DNA of 64,000 nucleotides from positions 338,785 through 402,784 of the forward strand of contig JBDTME010000001.1 in the NCBI GenBank assembly GCA_039934415.1. Reading direction: 5' to 3'. The notes under the pieces are model-generated. The model searched no databases. It had not been told where the DNA came from and was given only the letters and a program-made list of their open reading frames with translations. Position 1 is the stretch's first letter. Every line of letters begins with the position of its first letter. Of the stretch, positions 36,020 to 45,924 are shown one piece after another. This DNA is from Patescibacteria group bacterium (GTDB taxonomy: Bacteria; Patescibacteriota; Microgenomatia; UBA1400; PJMF01). Both the position numbers and the translations under genes were made by a program.

Positions 36020-36817
36020 ATGTTTAAACGATTTAAAGTCTACTCTACAGTCTGGTTTATTATTGCATCCAACGCTGTGCAAGAAACCTTTGTGAATCGT
36101 TGGAGTAATGTTCTATTTTTTTTAGGGAAAGCAATCCGGTTAGGCATGTCCCTAATAGTACTGTTGCTCATCAAACAAGCCACTAAAGGATTTGGTCAGT
36201 ACAGCACAGATGAAATGATTGTTTTCTTTTTAACATACCAGTTGCTCGACATCGTTGGTCAAATTTTTTATCGTGGAGTGTACATGTTTAGCAACATGGT
36301 GCGCAGTGGAGAGTTTGACCTGTTTTTGTCAAAACCAATCAATCCTCTTTTTCGCGCATTAACTGGTCAACCAGACATCAATGATGTGTTTTTTCTCATA
36401 CCAAATCTAATCATCAGCGGTTACATCTTGAGCAAACTGAATATCACTATCACAGTCGGTTCAGCTGTGTTATATGCAGCACTCTTATTGAACAGTTTTC
36501 TGATCGTCACTGCTCTACATATCTTGGTTTTAACAATTGGAGTTATCACTACCGAGGTGGATGGAGTGATCTGGATGTATCGAGATCTGATTCGTCTCGG
36601 TCAATTCCCCGTCTCAGTCTATGCAGAACCATTGCGCTTTGCACTTTTTTTCATCATTCCGATTGGTGTCATGATCACAATTCCAGCTGAAGTATTGTTA
36701 AACACACCAGTCACTTATAGTATTTTCCTGTCAACTCTGATTGGAGTTGGCTCACTTTTTATTAGCTTACGACTTTGGGATTGGGGTATCAAACAATATA
36801 GCAGTGCGAGTAGCTAA
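36020..36817 (+). CDS. ABC-2 family transporter permease
   Basis: Start set at ATG 36020 (MFKRFKVYS); six TM helices; C-terminal 'KQYSSASS'. Confidence 0.55.
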   Translation: MFKRFKVYSTVWFIIASNAVQETFVNRWSNVLFFLGKAIRLGMSLIVLLLIKQATKGFGQYSTDEMIVFFLTYQLLDIVGQIFYRGVYMFSNMVRSGEFDLFLSKPINPLFRALTGQPDINDVFFLIPNLIISGYILSKLNITITVGSAVLYAALLLNSFLIVTALHILVLTIGVITTEVDGVIWMYRDLIRLGQFPVSVYAEPLRFALFFIIPIGVMITIPAEVLLNTPVTYSIFLSTLIGVGSLFISLRLWDWGIKQYSSASS

Positions 36818-36842
36818 GTTTTTCAAAAAAGAAAAAATGAGG

Positions 36843-37349
36843 TTAGCGTTTTGGAGATTGGCGTTTGCGGCGAGCTTTACCACCCATGCCAACTTTACGA
36901 GTTTCTTTCATTCGATCATCACGAGTCAGCAAACCTTTTGGTTTGAGAATGAGTCGATAGTCAGCACTTTTCTTTAGTAAAGCGCGAGAAACACCGTGAA
37001 CTACTGCGTCGAGTTGAGAACGAATACCTGAACCATTGACGACGACGTTGATCGCCCAGTTACCTTGAGTGTCTGTCAATTGAAGTGGCAAATTATACAA
37101 TCCTGGAGCGTTGTGGATACCTTTGAAGTACTCACCAGCACTCATTCCATTCACCAAGAAATCACCTGATTCTTCATAAATTCGAACGCGAGCAACTGCT
37201 GTTTTGCGACGACCAATACCTTCAACGTATGCAGACTTTGGTACGAACTTCATCGTGTTTGGTGCCAACTTTGAGTCAACTGTTTTTTTCACCACTTTTT
37301 TGATGATGACTTGTTTTTGCTTGATTTTTTTCTTTAACTTTTGTGCCAT
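36843..37349 (-). CDS. rpsI: 30S ribosomal protein S9 (with about 35-aa lysine-rich N-terminal extension)
   Basis: 'YVEGIGRRKTAVARVRI' and C-terminal 'GGKARRKRQSPKR'. An alternative start at the internal Met 37253 would remove the extension. Confidence 0.85.
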   Translation of the reverse strand: MAQKLKKKIKQKQVIIKKVVKKTVDSKLAPNTMKFVPKSAYVEGIGRRKTAVARVRIYEESGDFLVNGMSAGEYFKGIHNAPGLYNLPLQLTDTQGNWAINVVVNGSGIRSQLDAVVHGVSRALLKKSADYRLILKPKGLLTRDDRMKETRKVGMGGKARRKRQSPKR

Positions 37350-37354
37350 AGGAA

Positions 37355-37801
37355 TTATTTATTTTCTGATACTTCGTTGGTATATGGATGCTCTGCGTCT
37401 TTAAATACTTTTAATCGTTTCATGCGCAAATCACGTAATTTATTAGTTGGTAACATTCCCCAAACTGCATTCTCAATAATCTGCTTTGGTTGACGAGCTA
37501 ACTTTTTATCAAAAGTCTCTGCTTTTAATCCGCCTGGATACTGAGAGTGAGTATAGTAAACCTTATCTGATCTCTTTTTGCCACTTACCGCTACTAAAGA
37601 AGCGTTAATGACGACCACATAATCTCCACCATCAACATGAGGAGTATAGGTTGGTTTGTGTTTGCCAATTAATAAAGTTGCAATTTGAGTTGCACTTTTC
37701 CCCAAGATCTGACCTTTGACGTCAATGACGTGCCAGTATCTATTTACGGCTTCTTTTTTTTGCTGAAATGATTGTCCAGTTTGTTTCATAGATATATTCA
37801 C
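37355..37801 (-). CDS. rplM: 50S ribosomal protein L13
   Basis: 'RYWHVIDVKGQILGKSATQIATLLIGKHKPTYTPHVDGGDYVVVINA'. Confidence 0.9.
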   Translation of the reverse strand: MNISMKQTGQSFQQKKEAVNRYWHVIDVKGQILGKSATQIATLLIGKHKPTYTPHVDGGDYVVVINASLVAVSGKKRSDKVYYTHSQYPGGLKAETFDKKLARQPKQIIENAVWGMLPTNKLRDLRMKRLKVFKDAEHPYTNEVSENK

Positions 37802-37813
37802 AAATAACGACTG

Positions 37814-38278
37814 TTACTTCGCTTTCTTGGTTTTATCAGCAACCACTTTTTTCTCTACTTTTGCTGGTTCAACACTTTTTTTAGTTTCTTTAACAGTTTC
37901 AGCTTTAACTTCCTCTTTGTGAGGATTCTTCACTAACTGGAGTTTAACTAACATCGTGTTATCACCTCGGCGTTTACCCAATCTGATAATTCGAGTAAAA
38001 CCACTCGAACGATCTTTCATAGCAGGGGCTACTTTATCCACGAGCTCGTTCACAACATCTCTACGACCAAAAAAGCGTGCTAATACTCTTCGAGTATTCA
38101 CAGAGCCTTCTTGAGCCTTGTGTATGATTTTATCAGCGAGTCCTTTGATGACTTTGGCTTTTGTTTCTGTCGTGTCGATCTCACCAGACGTAATCAAAGA
38201 AGTCACTAACCCTTTGAACAGAGCTTTACGACTATTCGAGTCTCGATTGAGTTGTTTCGATTTGATTTGATGTCTCAT
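37814..38278 (-). CDS. rplQ: 50S ribosomal protein L17
   Basis: 'MRHQIKSKQLNRDSNSRKALFKGLVTSLI..ETTETKAK'. Confidence 0.85.
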   Translation of the reverse strand: MRHQIKSKQLNRDSNSRKALFKGLVTSLITSGEIDTTETKAKVIKGLADKIIHKAQEGSVNTRRVLARFFGRRDVVNELVDKVAPAMKDRSSGFTRIIRLGKRRGDNTMLVKLQLVKNPHKEEVKAETVKETKKSVEPAKVEKKVVADKTKKAK

Positions 38279-38309
38279 ATATTCCTATTGTACTATGTTC
38301 GTCCCACAA

Positions 38310-39236
38310 TTACCCTGAAAAGTCGACACCTTTCTCTAATAATGCTTTTTGAACAATTCCGACGCTCTTCTCACCTAAGTTCTTGACTTTAGCGACGATA
38401 CCCATCTCGACTACGATCAAATCTCCAACTGTAGCGTATCCACCTTTACGAAGTGCGTTAGCAATTCGAGTTGGGAGATCAAGCTCTTCAACTGTCAATT
38501 TCAAGACCTCGGCTTTTTCTGGAGACATCAAGTCAACGCGTTTCTCTTCTTCAGCCATTGCAGGATGTAAGATTTGTTGGAATTGACCAACTAAAATCTC
38601 AGCAGCTTCCTCAATCGCTTGACGAGGTGAAATGGTTCCATCAGTCCAAATTCTCAAAATCAATTTATCAAAGTCAGTTCGGCGACCAACACGAGTTGCT
38701 TCGACATCATATGCAACTTTTATAACTGGCGAATACAAAGCATCAACTGGAATCAAACCTGACTCAACACTCTTGCGATCACTTGCAAGTGAGTAGCCCG
38801 TACCAAATCCAATCTTCATCTCTACACTGAGTGAAGCACTTGGTTCTAAAGTTGCGATATACAAATCTGAGTTCACAACTTGAAATCCTGCTTCACATTC
38901 AATGTCAGCAGCAGTAACAGTCGTGTGTTGCTTGCCTTTAATCTTTAAAGTACAAACACCTTCTGTTTTAAGATCTGAAGTGATGCGTACTTGCTTCAAG
39001 TTCAAAATCAAATCAACGATATCCTCACTCAAACCTTCTAAAGTGGTAAATTGATGAGAAACTCCCTCAATTTTGACATCAGTAATGGCATAACCAGATA
39101 AAGATGTCAACATAACTCGTCGTAACGAGTTACCTAAAGTGTGACCGTACCCAGCCTCTAAAGGCTCGAGCTCGATTGCACTATAACCTGCAGTGTTATC
39201 AACCTCAGTAAGGTGAAAGTTTGTTAATGATTTCAT
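38310..39236 (-). CDS. rpoA: DNA-directed RNA polymerase subunit alpha
   Basis: 'GYGHTLGNSLRRVMLTSLSGYAITDVKIEGV'. C-terminal alpha-CTD 'LDLPTRIANALRKGGYATVGDL'. Confidence 0.9.
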   Translation of the reverse strand: MKSLTNFHLTEVDNTAGYSAIELEPLEAGYGHTLGNSLRRVMLTSLSGYAITDVKIEGVSHQFTTLEGLSEDIVDLILNLKQVRITSDLKTEGVCTLKIKGKQHTTVTAADIECEAGFQVVNSDLYIATLEPSASLSVEMKIGFGTGYSLASDRKSVESGLIPVDALYSPVIKVAYDVEATRVGRRTDFDKLILRIWTDGTISPRQAIEEAAEILVGQFQQILHPAMAEEEKRVDLMSPEKAEVLKLTVEELDLPTRIANALRKGGYATVGDLIVVEMGIVAKVKNLGEKSVGIVQKALLEKGVDFSG

Positions 39237-39308
39237 ATGTGTCCTTTTTTGTTTCGCCGCCTCTATGTAAGAGACTCTGTTACAAAGGTATATTTATAAT
39301 TCTATTTA

Positions 39309-39911
39309 TTATCTTGAATACCATTCCACAATTAATTGCTCATCAATCGCACCATCAATCTCTTCTCTTTCAGGTAATCGTTTTATTTTACCGATGGCTG
39401 CTTTCACTTCAATCCATTTTGAATTAAAAGTTCCCTCTTTCATTACTTGGGAAACTGCTGGAATACTCGAACCACTTGCTTTTAATTCAACTAAGTCATC
39501 GATACTTACTAAGTAGGATGGGATCGTCATTTTTCTCTGATTCACTTTGACGTGACCATGATTCACCAATTGGCGAGCAGAGGCTCGGGTTGGTGCAAAC
39601 TTCATTCTGAAGAGGACATTATCAAGTCGTCTTTCTAACAAACGGAGCATAGCAGAACCAGTTGCAGTTGGCGTCTTGGTTGCTGTGTCATACATTTTTC
39701 TCATTTGTTTCTCTGACAAACCGTAAATATACTTCACTTTTTGCTTCTCTTTCAGCTGAATACCATAGTCTGACATTTTTTTCTTTTGTTTCTTACCATG
39801 CATACCTGGAGCAATTGCCAAGCGCTTAGCAACTTTTAGAGGATTGGTTTTTAGACCAAGATCCTCACCAATTCGGCGTGCTAGTTTGTTTTTAGGACCT
39901 GTATATCTCAT
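39309..39911 (-). CDS. rpsD: 30S ribosomal protein S4
   Basis: 'MRYTGPKNKLARRIGEDLGLKT'; S4 domain. Confidence 0.9.
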   Translation of the reverse strand: MRYTGPKNKLARRIGEDLGLKTNPLKVAKRLAIAPGMHGKKQKKKMSDYGIQLKEKQKVKYIYGLSEKQMRKMYDTATKTPTATGSAMLRLLERRLDNVLFRMKFAPTRASARQLVNHGHVKVNQRKMTIPSYLVSIDDLVELKASGSSIPAVSQVMKEGTFNSKWIEVKAAIGKIKRLPEREEIDGAIDEQLIVEWYSR

Positions 39912-39913
39912 AT

Positions 39914-40309
39914 TTATCCGTGCTTTCTTTTTCTTGGTCGAGTACCGTTATGTGGCATCGGTGTTAAATCTACAATCATACTGACTTTAATTCCTTGTGT
40001 ACGAATAACGCGTAAAGCTGCATCCCGACCAGGACCTGGCCCTTTGATGTAGACTTCCATCGTATTCATACCATGTGCTTTAGCCATCTCAACAGCCTTC
40101 TCTAAGGTCACAGTTGCGGCATAAGGGGTCGATTTACGGGAACCTGGGAATCCCAGAGCACCAGTCGAACTCCAACAAACAGTATTTCCTTTTTCATCAG
40201 TAATAGTCACAATCGTGTTGTTAAAGGTAGCAGTCACGTACATTTGACCTTTAGGGACAACCCGTTTGACTTTAATTGGAGCTGATTTGCGCATTTGTGG
40301 TTTTGCCAT
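39914..40309 (-). CDS. rpsK: 30S ribosomal protein S11
   Basis: 'GQMYVTATFNNTIVTITDEKGNTVCWSSTGALGFPGSRKSTPYAA'. Confidence 0.9.
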   Translation of the reverse strand: MAKPQMRKSAPIKVKRVVPKGQMYVTATFNNTIVTITDEKGNTVCWSSTGALGFPGSRKSTPYAATVTLEKAVEMAKAHGMNTMEVYIKGPGPGRDAALRVIRTQGIKVSMIVDLTPMPHNGTRPRKRKHG

Positions 40310-40317
40310 AGAAATCT

Positions 40318-40725
40318 TTATTTAGTTGCCGTTTTAGCTGTATCTAACTTAGCTGCGAGTTCTTTACTCATTGCTCCAACCGTCTTTCTCTTACCGCGAC
40401 GAGTACGAGCATTTGTTCGTGTGCGCTGTCCTCGAGCTGGCAAACTTGCCATATGTCGAGTACCGCGATATGAACCAATTCTTTTTAAACGTTCAATATT
40501 GTCTCGAATCATTCGGCGTAAAGTTCCTTCTACATTCATTTTTTCGAGAACTTTCTGAACACGAGAAATCTCTTCACCTGTTAAGTCTTTGGCTCGTTTG
40601 TCGCCATCGATGTTAGCATCTCGTAAAATCTCATCGACATTAGCTCTACCAACACCATAGATGTAGGTTAATGAAATTCTGGTTTTTTTCTGTAATGGTA
40701 TGTCAATACCGGCGATGCGTGGCAT
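40318..40725 (-). CDS. rpsM: 30S ribosomal protein S13
   Basis: 'MPRIAGIDIPLQKKTRISLTYIYGVGRA'. Confidence 0.9.
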   Translation of the reverse strand: MPRIAGIDIPLQKKTRISLTYIYGVGRANVDEILRDANIDGDKRAKDLTGEEISRVQKVLEKMNVEGTLRRMIRDNIERLKRIGSYRGTRHMASLPARGQRTRTNARTRRGKRKTVGAMSKELAAKLDTAKTATK

Positions 40726-40731
40726 AGAGTA

Positions 40732-40845
40732 TTATCCTTGTCTTCCTTTATGTCTTGGATTCTTACAAACACGACGCAAGATACCTTTTCGCTTAATAAG
40801 GCGACAATCCTTGCAACGTGGTTTGATCGAACTTTTAACTGTCAT
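40732..40845 (-). CDS. rpmJ: 50S ribosomal protein L36
   Basis: Hand-translated from the minus strand: [37 protein letters not shown] (37 aa, C..C...C....H zinc ribbon). Below the 60-aa ORF-track cutoff. Confidence 0.8.
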   Translation of the reverse strand: MTVKSSIKPRCKDCRLIKRKGILRRVCKNPRHKGRQG

Positions 40846-40916
40846 AATATCTTAATTCCGAACTTGTTACGAACCTCATGTTATACACAAAAAAGTGCTT
40901 TTTGATAAGTCCCGCT

Positions 40917-41213
40917 TTACTTAGTACGGAAGGTAATCTTCCCGTGTGTTAAATCGTACTTCGTCACATATCCAATCACTTTATCGCCTGGTAGTACCCG
41001 AATTCGGTTCAATCTCATCTTTCCGGCTAATGTACACAATAACTTGGTACCGATCAGCTGAGGAATGTCACCTGCTGACACTTCTACTTGAAACATCGTA
41101 TTTGGCAAACACTCAACTACCTGACCTGATATCGAAAACTGCCCTTCTTTCAACTTTTGGTGATAAGAGGGTTGAGCGGGAATCTGGCCTGGTGCTACCT
41201 GTCTATGTTGCAT
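40917..41213 (-). CDS. infA: translation initiation factor IF-1 (start codon uncertain; apparent 25-aa N-terminal extension)
   Basis: S1-like core 'GQVVECLPNTMFQVEVSAGDIPQLIGTKLLCTLAGKMRLNRIRVLPGDKVIGYVTKYDLTHGKITFR'. Confidence 0.8.
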   Translation of the reverse strand: MQHRQVAPGQIPAQPSYHQKLKEGQFSISGQVVECLPNTMFQVEVSAGDIPQLIGTKLLCTLAGKMRLNRIRVLPGDKVIGYVTKYDLTHGKITFRTK

Positions 41214-41335
41214 GACTTACTTCACTTTTTAAATTAACCGTATCTCCTCAACAGAGATCAGGAGATTATACCAATCTTTCTCAGTTTCCTCAAGACGTAT
41301 CTGGAAGAACTAAAAACCCTGTTTTTCTCGAGTTG

Positions 41336-41884
41336 TTACTTGGACTCCAACTTCTCCAACTTTGCCAAGATGTCTTTAAATATATGATCAACCGACATTT
41401 CCCCGTCGATATTGATCAATTTTCCCTGTTTTTCGTAATACTGAACGACTGGTTGAGTAAAGGTGTGAAACAGCTCAATTCTCTTTCGAATAGCCTGGAG
41501 CGTCTCGTCTTCTCGATCACTTACTCGACCAGAGATTCTCCACAACGCTTCCTTGTCTGAAACATCGAGGAATACTACTGCATCCACTCCATTACTAAAC
41601 TGCTCGGCTTGAATCTCAGTTCGAGGGAAACCATCCAAAATATAGCCTTTTTTATACTCACCTTTTGATAAGTACTCATTCATGATATTGATGGTCATGT
41701 CGTCTGGAATCAAAATACCTGCATTGAGCGTCTCTTTGACGTATCGACCTAATTGAGTCTTTTCTTTGGCCATTTCGCGAAAAACGTGACCACTAGAAAG
41801 ATAAGGCACATCCAGGTGAGTCGATAAGAGGTTTCCTTGAGTTGATTTCCCGGCACCTTGAATACCGATGAGAACGATTTTCAT
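41336..41884 (-). CDS. adk: adenylate kinase (short form without zinc-binding lid)
   Basis: 'MKIVLIGIQGAGKSTQG'; 'GYILDGFPRT'. Confidence 0.9.
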   Translation of the reverse strand: MKIVLIGIQGAGKSTQGNLLSTHLDVPYLSSGHVFREMAKEKTQLGRYVKETLNAGILIPDDMTINIMNEYLSKGEYKKGYILDGFPRTEIQAEQFSNGVDAVVFLDVSDKEALWRISGRVSDREDETLQAIRKRIELFHTFTQPVVQYYEKQGKLINIDGEMSVDHIFKDILAKLEKLESK

Positions 41885-41922
41885 AAGACTCCTTTATAGT
41901 TATGCACCAAGTCTATACTTAA

Positions 41923-43206
41923 TTAAATGTATTTATCGTAATTTTGACTCACCATGAGGGACTCTACTTGTTTGGTGGTTTCCAACACGACTGAGACTAC
42001 AATCAACATTCCAGTACCACCAATTGCTAGAGAAGAAATACCGGTAAATCGCTGCACTAATGAAGGGAGCAAGGCTATCATACCCAAGAAGACAGCTCCG
42101 ACAAAAGTAATTCTAGTAATAATGAAGTTCAGTAATAGTTGAGTGGGACGACCAGGTCGAACACCTGGAACGAAAGCACCGCTTTTCTTCAACTCATCAG
42201 ACAAATCTTCAGTGTTAAAAAAGACCAGCGTCGAGAAGTAAGTGAAGGCAAATACGATCAAAAAGTAAGTGATCGCATAAATCCAACTCGTTTGAGAAAA
42301 CCAAACTTGTAACTGTTGACCGAACTGTACGAGGCGAACATCCTTCGCCGACGCAAGCAGTCTGCCTGCAAACGCTGGTACGAGCATGATTGATATTGCA
42401 AAGATGATTGGTAATACACCAGCCGTGTTGATTTTTAAGGGGAGATGAGTCGTTTGACCACCATAAAGACGGCTACCTCTTACTCGTTTAGCATATTGTA
42501 CGTTTACTTTGCGAACTGCTTCGTTAACGATAACCATGCAAGCAATGACCAAGAGAAAGACTGCTGCAATAAGTGCATAGTTCAAGTATTGATCTGAAGT
42601 TGTAATGCTAAAAAACTGAGCCATTGCGATGGGTAGTTGGCCCACGATTCCGGCAAACAACACCATCGAAATTCCATTTCCGATTCCATATAAAGTCACT
42701 AACTCACCTAGCCACATCAACATCATCGATCCAGCTACCATTGTTAAAATCATGGCAACGATCGCTAACGGAGCTTGAGTTTGAATTAGTTTTTGGGAGT
42801 TGAGTAAAACGAGCACAGAAATTGATTGAACTACTGCCAAAGGCACTGCTAAAAATCGAGTGTATTGATTGATACGTTCTCGACCAGCCTCACCATCTTT
42901 GGACAACTCTTTGAGTTGAGGAAAGATCATAGTAGCCAACTGGAAAATAATGGATGCAGTAATGTAGGGATTAATACCGATCGCCATGACGGAAAACCGG
43001 GCCAATGTGCCTCCAGAAAAGATGTTAAGCACACCTAAAAATTGATTGTTGGCAAATAGTTTTTGAAGTTCTTGAGTATTCACTGCAGGAACAGGGACGT
43101 GAGCAAAAAAACGAAAAACTGCAAAAATTAGTGCAGTAAAGAGGAATTTATTCCGAAGTTCTTTATTGTTATAGACTCTTTGGAGGGTTTCAAGCACATG
43201 TTTCAC
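41923..43206 (-). CDS. secY: preprotein translocase subunit SecY
   Basis: 427 aa, 10 TM. '[14 protein letters not shown]' and '[14 protein letters not shown]' regions. Position between adk and rplO. Confidence 0.9.
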   Translation of the reverse strand: MKHVLETLQRVYNNKELRNKFLFTALIFAVFRFFAHVPVPAVNTQELQKLFANNQFLGVLNIFSGGTLARFSVMAIGINPYITASIIFQLATMIFPQLKELSKDGEAGRERINQYTRFLAVPLAVVQSISVLVLLNSQKLIQTQAPLAIVAMILTMVAGSMMLMWLGELVTLYGIGNGISMVLFAGIVGQLPIAMAQFFSITTSDQYLNYALIAAVFLLVIACMVIVNEAVRKVNVQYAKRVRGSRLYGGQTTHLPLKINTAGVLPIIFAISIMLVPAFAGRLLASAKDVRLVQFGQQLQVWFSQTSWIYAITYFLIVFAFTYFSTLVFFNTEDLSDELKKSGAFVPGVRPGRPTQLLLNFIITRITFVGAVFLGMIALLPSLVQRFTGISSLAIGGTGMLIVVSVVLETTKQVESLMVSQNYDKYI

Positions 43207-43226
43207 GGGTACATCCTTTGGATCTA

Positions 43227-43655
43227 CTATTCTACAATGCTTCCCCCTGCTTGTTCAATCGTCTTACGGGCTCCGGCTGAAACGCGAATCCCTTTGACAA
43301 CAATTTTACGAGTCAGTTCGCCACTAATAAGTTTGACTTCTTGAGTTGCTCTGCGAACGATATGTGCTTTTTTCAAAGACTCTATGGTTATTTCAGAATC
43401 AGAAATCTTGTTCAATTTCGAAAGGGTGATAGCTTCTTTGGCTCTCAGCACATTTATCTTGTGTTTACCACGAAGCATTGGCAAACGTTTGATCAAAGGT
43501 AATTGACCACCTTCAAACCAAAGAGGAACTGAGTTACGAGCAAGTTGACCTTTTTGACCACGACCAGACTTTGCACCAACACCAGAGCCGTAACCACGAC
43601 CGACGCGCTTTTTCTGCTTGGTGATGACTGATGGTAAGGAGTTTAGTAAATTCAT
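43227..43655 (-). CDS. rplO: 50S ribosomal protein L15
   Basis: '[23 protein letters not shown]'. Confidence 0.9.
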   Translation of the reverse strand: MNLLNSLPSVITKQKKRVGRGYGSGVGAKSGRGQKGQLARNSVPLWFEGGQLPLIKRLPMLRGKHKINVLRAKEAITLSKLNKISDSEITIESLKKAHIVRRATQEVKLISGELTRKIVVKGIRVSAGARKTIEQAGGSIVE

Positions 43656-43687
43656 AAATTCATTCGTTCAAAAATTAAAATGACGTG

Positions 43688-44386
43688 TTACTTTTTCTTA
43701 GCTGGTGATCCCTTTTGTTTGGTTGGCGTTGTTTTGACTACTTTTTTTGCGACTGGTTTTTCAGCTGCTTTTACTGGCTCTACTGTAGCTTCAGCTGGTT
43801 TTGCTGATTCTTTTGGTCTAGCCTGAATCAGTTCCTTCTCTTTCATCTTCTCTTCTTTTTCAGTTTCTGCAATAGATTTTAACTTTATTCCTTTGATGTC
43901 GACAATTTGACGAATCTTCTTGAGCGCCTCAAAGGTTGCGTAGACACTTGAAGTTTGATTGGACGAACCTAAAATCTTACTTGAAATATCACGAATTCCA
44001 GCTGCCTCGACGACTGCTCTGACTGGGCCACCTGCGATGACACCTGAACCTTTAGGTGCTGGCTTTAACATAACTCTCCCTGCACCATTTTTGATGTCAA
44101 CTCGGAAAGGAATGGTTGTTCCATTCATAGGCACAGTGATCAAATGTTTCTTGGCTCTGCGAACACCTTTGCGAATTGCACCTACAACGTCTTTTGCTTT
44201 ACCCAAACCCAAACCTACTTGTCCTTTGCGGTCACCAACGACAATCAAAACGGAAAAACCCATTTTGTTTCCACCTTTGGTTTTCTTTGACACACGAGAA
44301 ACTGAGATGACTTTTTCATCAAATTCCTTGGGTTCATTCGTATGTTGTGGATTGCGATTTGAACGCGAATCTCTTTTTGCTTCCAT
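43688..44386 (-). CDS. rpsE: 30S ribosomal protein S5 (with about 65-aa K/A/P/E-rich C-terminal extension)
   Basis: 'RVSKKTKGGNKMGFSVLIVVGDRKGQVGLGLGKAKDVVGAIRKGVRRAKKHLI'. The tail is 'KEEKMKEKELIQARPKESAKPAEATVEPVKAAEKPVAKKVVKTTPTKQKGSPAKKK'. Confidence 0.9.
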   Translation of the reverse strand: MEAKRDSRSNRNPQHTNEPKEFDEKVISVSRVSKKTKGGNKMGFSVLIVVGDRKGQVGLGLGKAKDVVGAIRKGVRRAKKHLITVPMNGTTIPFRVDIKNGAGRVMLKPAPKGSGVIAGGPVRAVVEAAGIRDISSKILGSSNQTSSVYATFEALKKIRQIVDIKGIKLKSIAETEKEEKMKEKELIQARPKESAKPAEATVEPVKAAEKPVAKKVVKTTPTKQKGSPAKKK

Positions 44387-44394
44387 AATATCCT

Positions 44395-44760
44395 TTAAAC
44401 TTGAATTCCTAAGTTACGTAACTCTTCTGCAATCAATTTTACTGCGCCATGATAGCGATAACTTCCTCGATCAAAAACGACCGCGGTGATTTTTGCTGTT
44501 TTCAACTTATCAGACATTGATTTCGCAATAATTTTGGCTCGCTCCATTTTGCGCTGGCCTTCAACGGACTTTTGAACGTCTTTTGCTGCATCACTAGTGG
44601 CGGCGAGTGTTTTTCCAAGTTGATCGTTAATCGCTTGCAAATACAAGTGTTTATTCGATCGGAACACTGTCAAACGAGGTCTGACATCTGTGCCCTTGAT
44701 CTTACTACGAACTCGAATTAATCGACGTTGCGCTTGTGTGAATTGATGATTAACTTTCAT
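44395..44760 (-). CDS. rplR: 50S ribosomal protein L18
   Basis: 'RLTVFRSNKHLYLQAINDQLGKTLAATS'; C-terminal 'AVVFDRGSYRYHGAVKLIAEELR'. Confidence 0.9.
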   Translation of the reverse strand: MKVNHQFTQAQRRLIRVRSKIKGTDVRPRLTVFRSNKHLYLQAINDQLGKTLAATSDAAKDVQKSVEGQRKMERAKIIAKSMSDKLKTAKITAVVFDRGSYRYHGAVKLIAEELRNLGIQV

Positions 44761-44779
44761 ACATTTTATTCTCTAGTGA

Positions 44780-45322
44780 TTATGCTGTTTTTGCAGTCTT
44801 GCCCGCTTTACGTCTAACAACTTCGTCTCTATATTTAATTCCTTTACCTTGATAAGGCTCAGGTGGTCTGATTGCACGGATATTAGCGGCTACTTGACCA
44901 ACTGCTTGTTTATCAATGCCTGAAACGTGGATAACATTATTTCCCTCTAACTCAAGCAAAACACCTGCTAAAGGAGTGAACTCAACTGTGTGAGAAAAAC
45001 CCACTGCCAAGGAAAGTCCTTGACCTTTTTTAGTTGCACGATATCCTGTACCGACTAAATCTAATGTTTTCTTATATCCTTGGGAAACTCCCTCTAACAT
45101 ATTGTTGAGTAAGCTTCTGACCAACCCATGATATGCTTTGGTTTGCTTCTGATCATTTTTACGAGTGAATACGAGCATTCCCTCTTCTTGCTTAATGGTG
45201 ATACCTGAAACGATTGTTTGCTTTAACTCACCCTTTGGGCCTTTGACCACTACTTCAGTACCGTTCACTTCAATAGTGACGCCTGCTGGAATTTTGATTG
45301 GTTTGCTACCGATTCTTGACAT
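44780..45322 (-). CDS. rplF: 50S ribosomal protein L6
   Basis: 'MSRIGSKPIKIPAGVTIEVNG'. Start set at the Met of MSRIG (45322) rather than the ORF-track start 45334, which would overlap rpsH. Confidence 0.85.
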   Translation of the reverse strand: MSRIGSKPIKIPAGVTIEVNGTEVVVKGPKGELKQTIVSGITIKQEEGMLVFTRKNDQKQTKAYHGLVRSLLNNMLEGVSQGYKKTLDLVGTGYRATKKGQGLSLAVGFSHTVEFTPLAGVLLELEGNNVIHVSGIDKQAVGQVAANIRAIRPPEPYQGKGIKYRDEVVRRKAGKTAKTA

Positions 45323-45327
45323 AAATA

Positions 45328-45717
45328 TTACCAAATTGAACAGAGGACTTCGCCGCCAACACTTTGTTTGCGAGCATCCTTATCTGTCATAACACCTTTA
45401 TTTGTTGATACGATTACAATTCCATAACCACCTAACGCTTGAGGTAACTTGTGAGCTGTACTATACAGTCGTCGACCTGGTTTTGATTCGCGTTTTACAT
45501 TTGTAAGTGAAGGAACTTTTCCTACGTATCTCAAAACCAACTCAATTGACTTTTCGATACCTTCTCCAGCTACATTAATAGAGTCCAAGTATTTTTCGGT
45601 CACTAAAATATCTGCGATGGATTTGTTCATCTTTGAATATGGCAAACTCACGCTTTTCTTACGAGCGAGGTACCCATTTTTTATTCTGATGATCATGTCT
45701 GCAATTGGATCGGTCAT
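45328..45717 (-). CDS. rpsH: 30S ribosomal protein S8
   Basis: 'MTDPIADMIIRIKNG'. Confidence 0.9.
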   Translation of the reverse strand: MTDPIADMIIRIKNGYLARKKSVSLPYSKMNKSIADILVTEKYLDSINVAGEGIEKSIELVLRYVGKVPSLTNVKRESKPGRRLYSTAHKLPQALGGYGIVIVSTNKGVMTDKDARKQSVGGEVLCSIW

Positions 45718-45733
45718 AAGTTCTATACTAAAA

Positions 45734-45919
45734 TTATTTACTTGATTTCGTTACTCCTGGTAACTCACCTCTAGAGGCGAGCTCTCTAAAACAGATACGG
45801 CATAAACCAAACATTCGGATATACCCACGAGGTCGACCACACAACTGACAACGATTTCGATGTCGGGTCGGGTGATTGATCAGACGTAAATTTTTCGCTA
45901 TTTTACTTTTTTTTGCCAT
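45734..45919 (-). CDS. rpsZ: 30S ribosomal protein S14 type Z (zinc-binding)
   Basis: 61 aa; '[23 protein letters not shown]' C-x2-C...C-x2-C. Confidence 0.9.
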   Translation of the reverse strand: MAKKSKIAKNLRLINHPTRHRNRCQLCGRPRGYIRMFGLCRICFRELASRGELPGVTKSSK

Positions 45920-45924
45920 ATATT

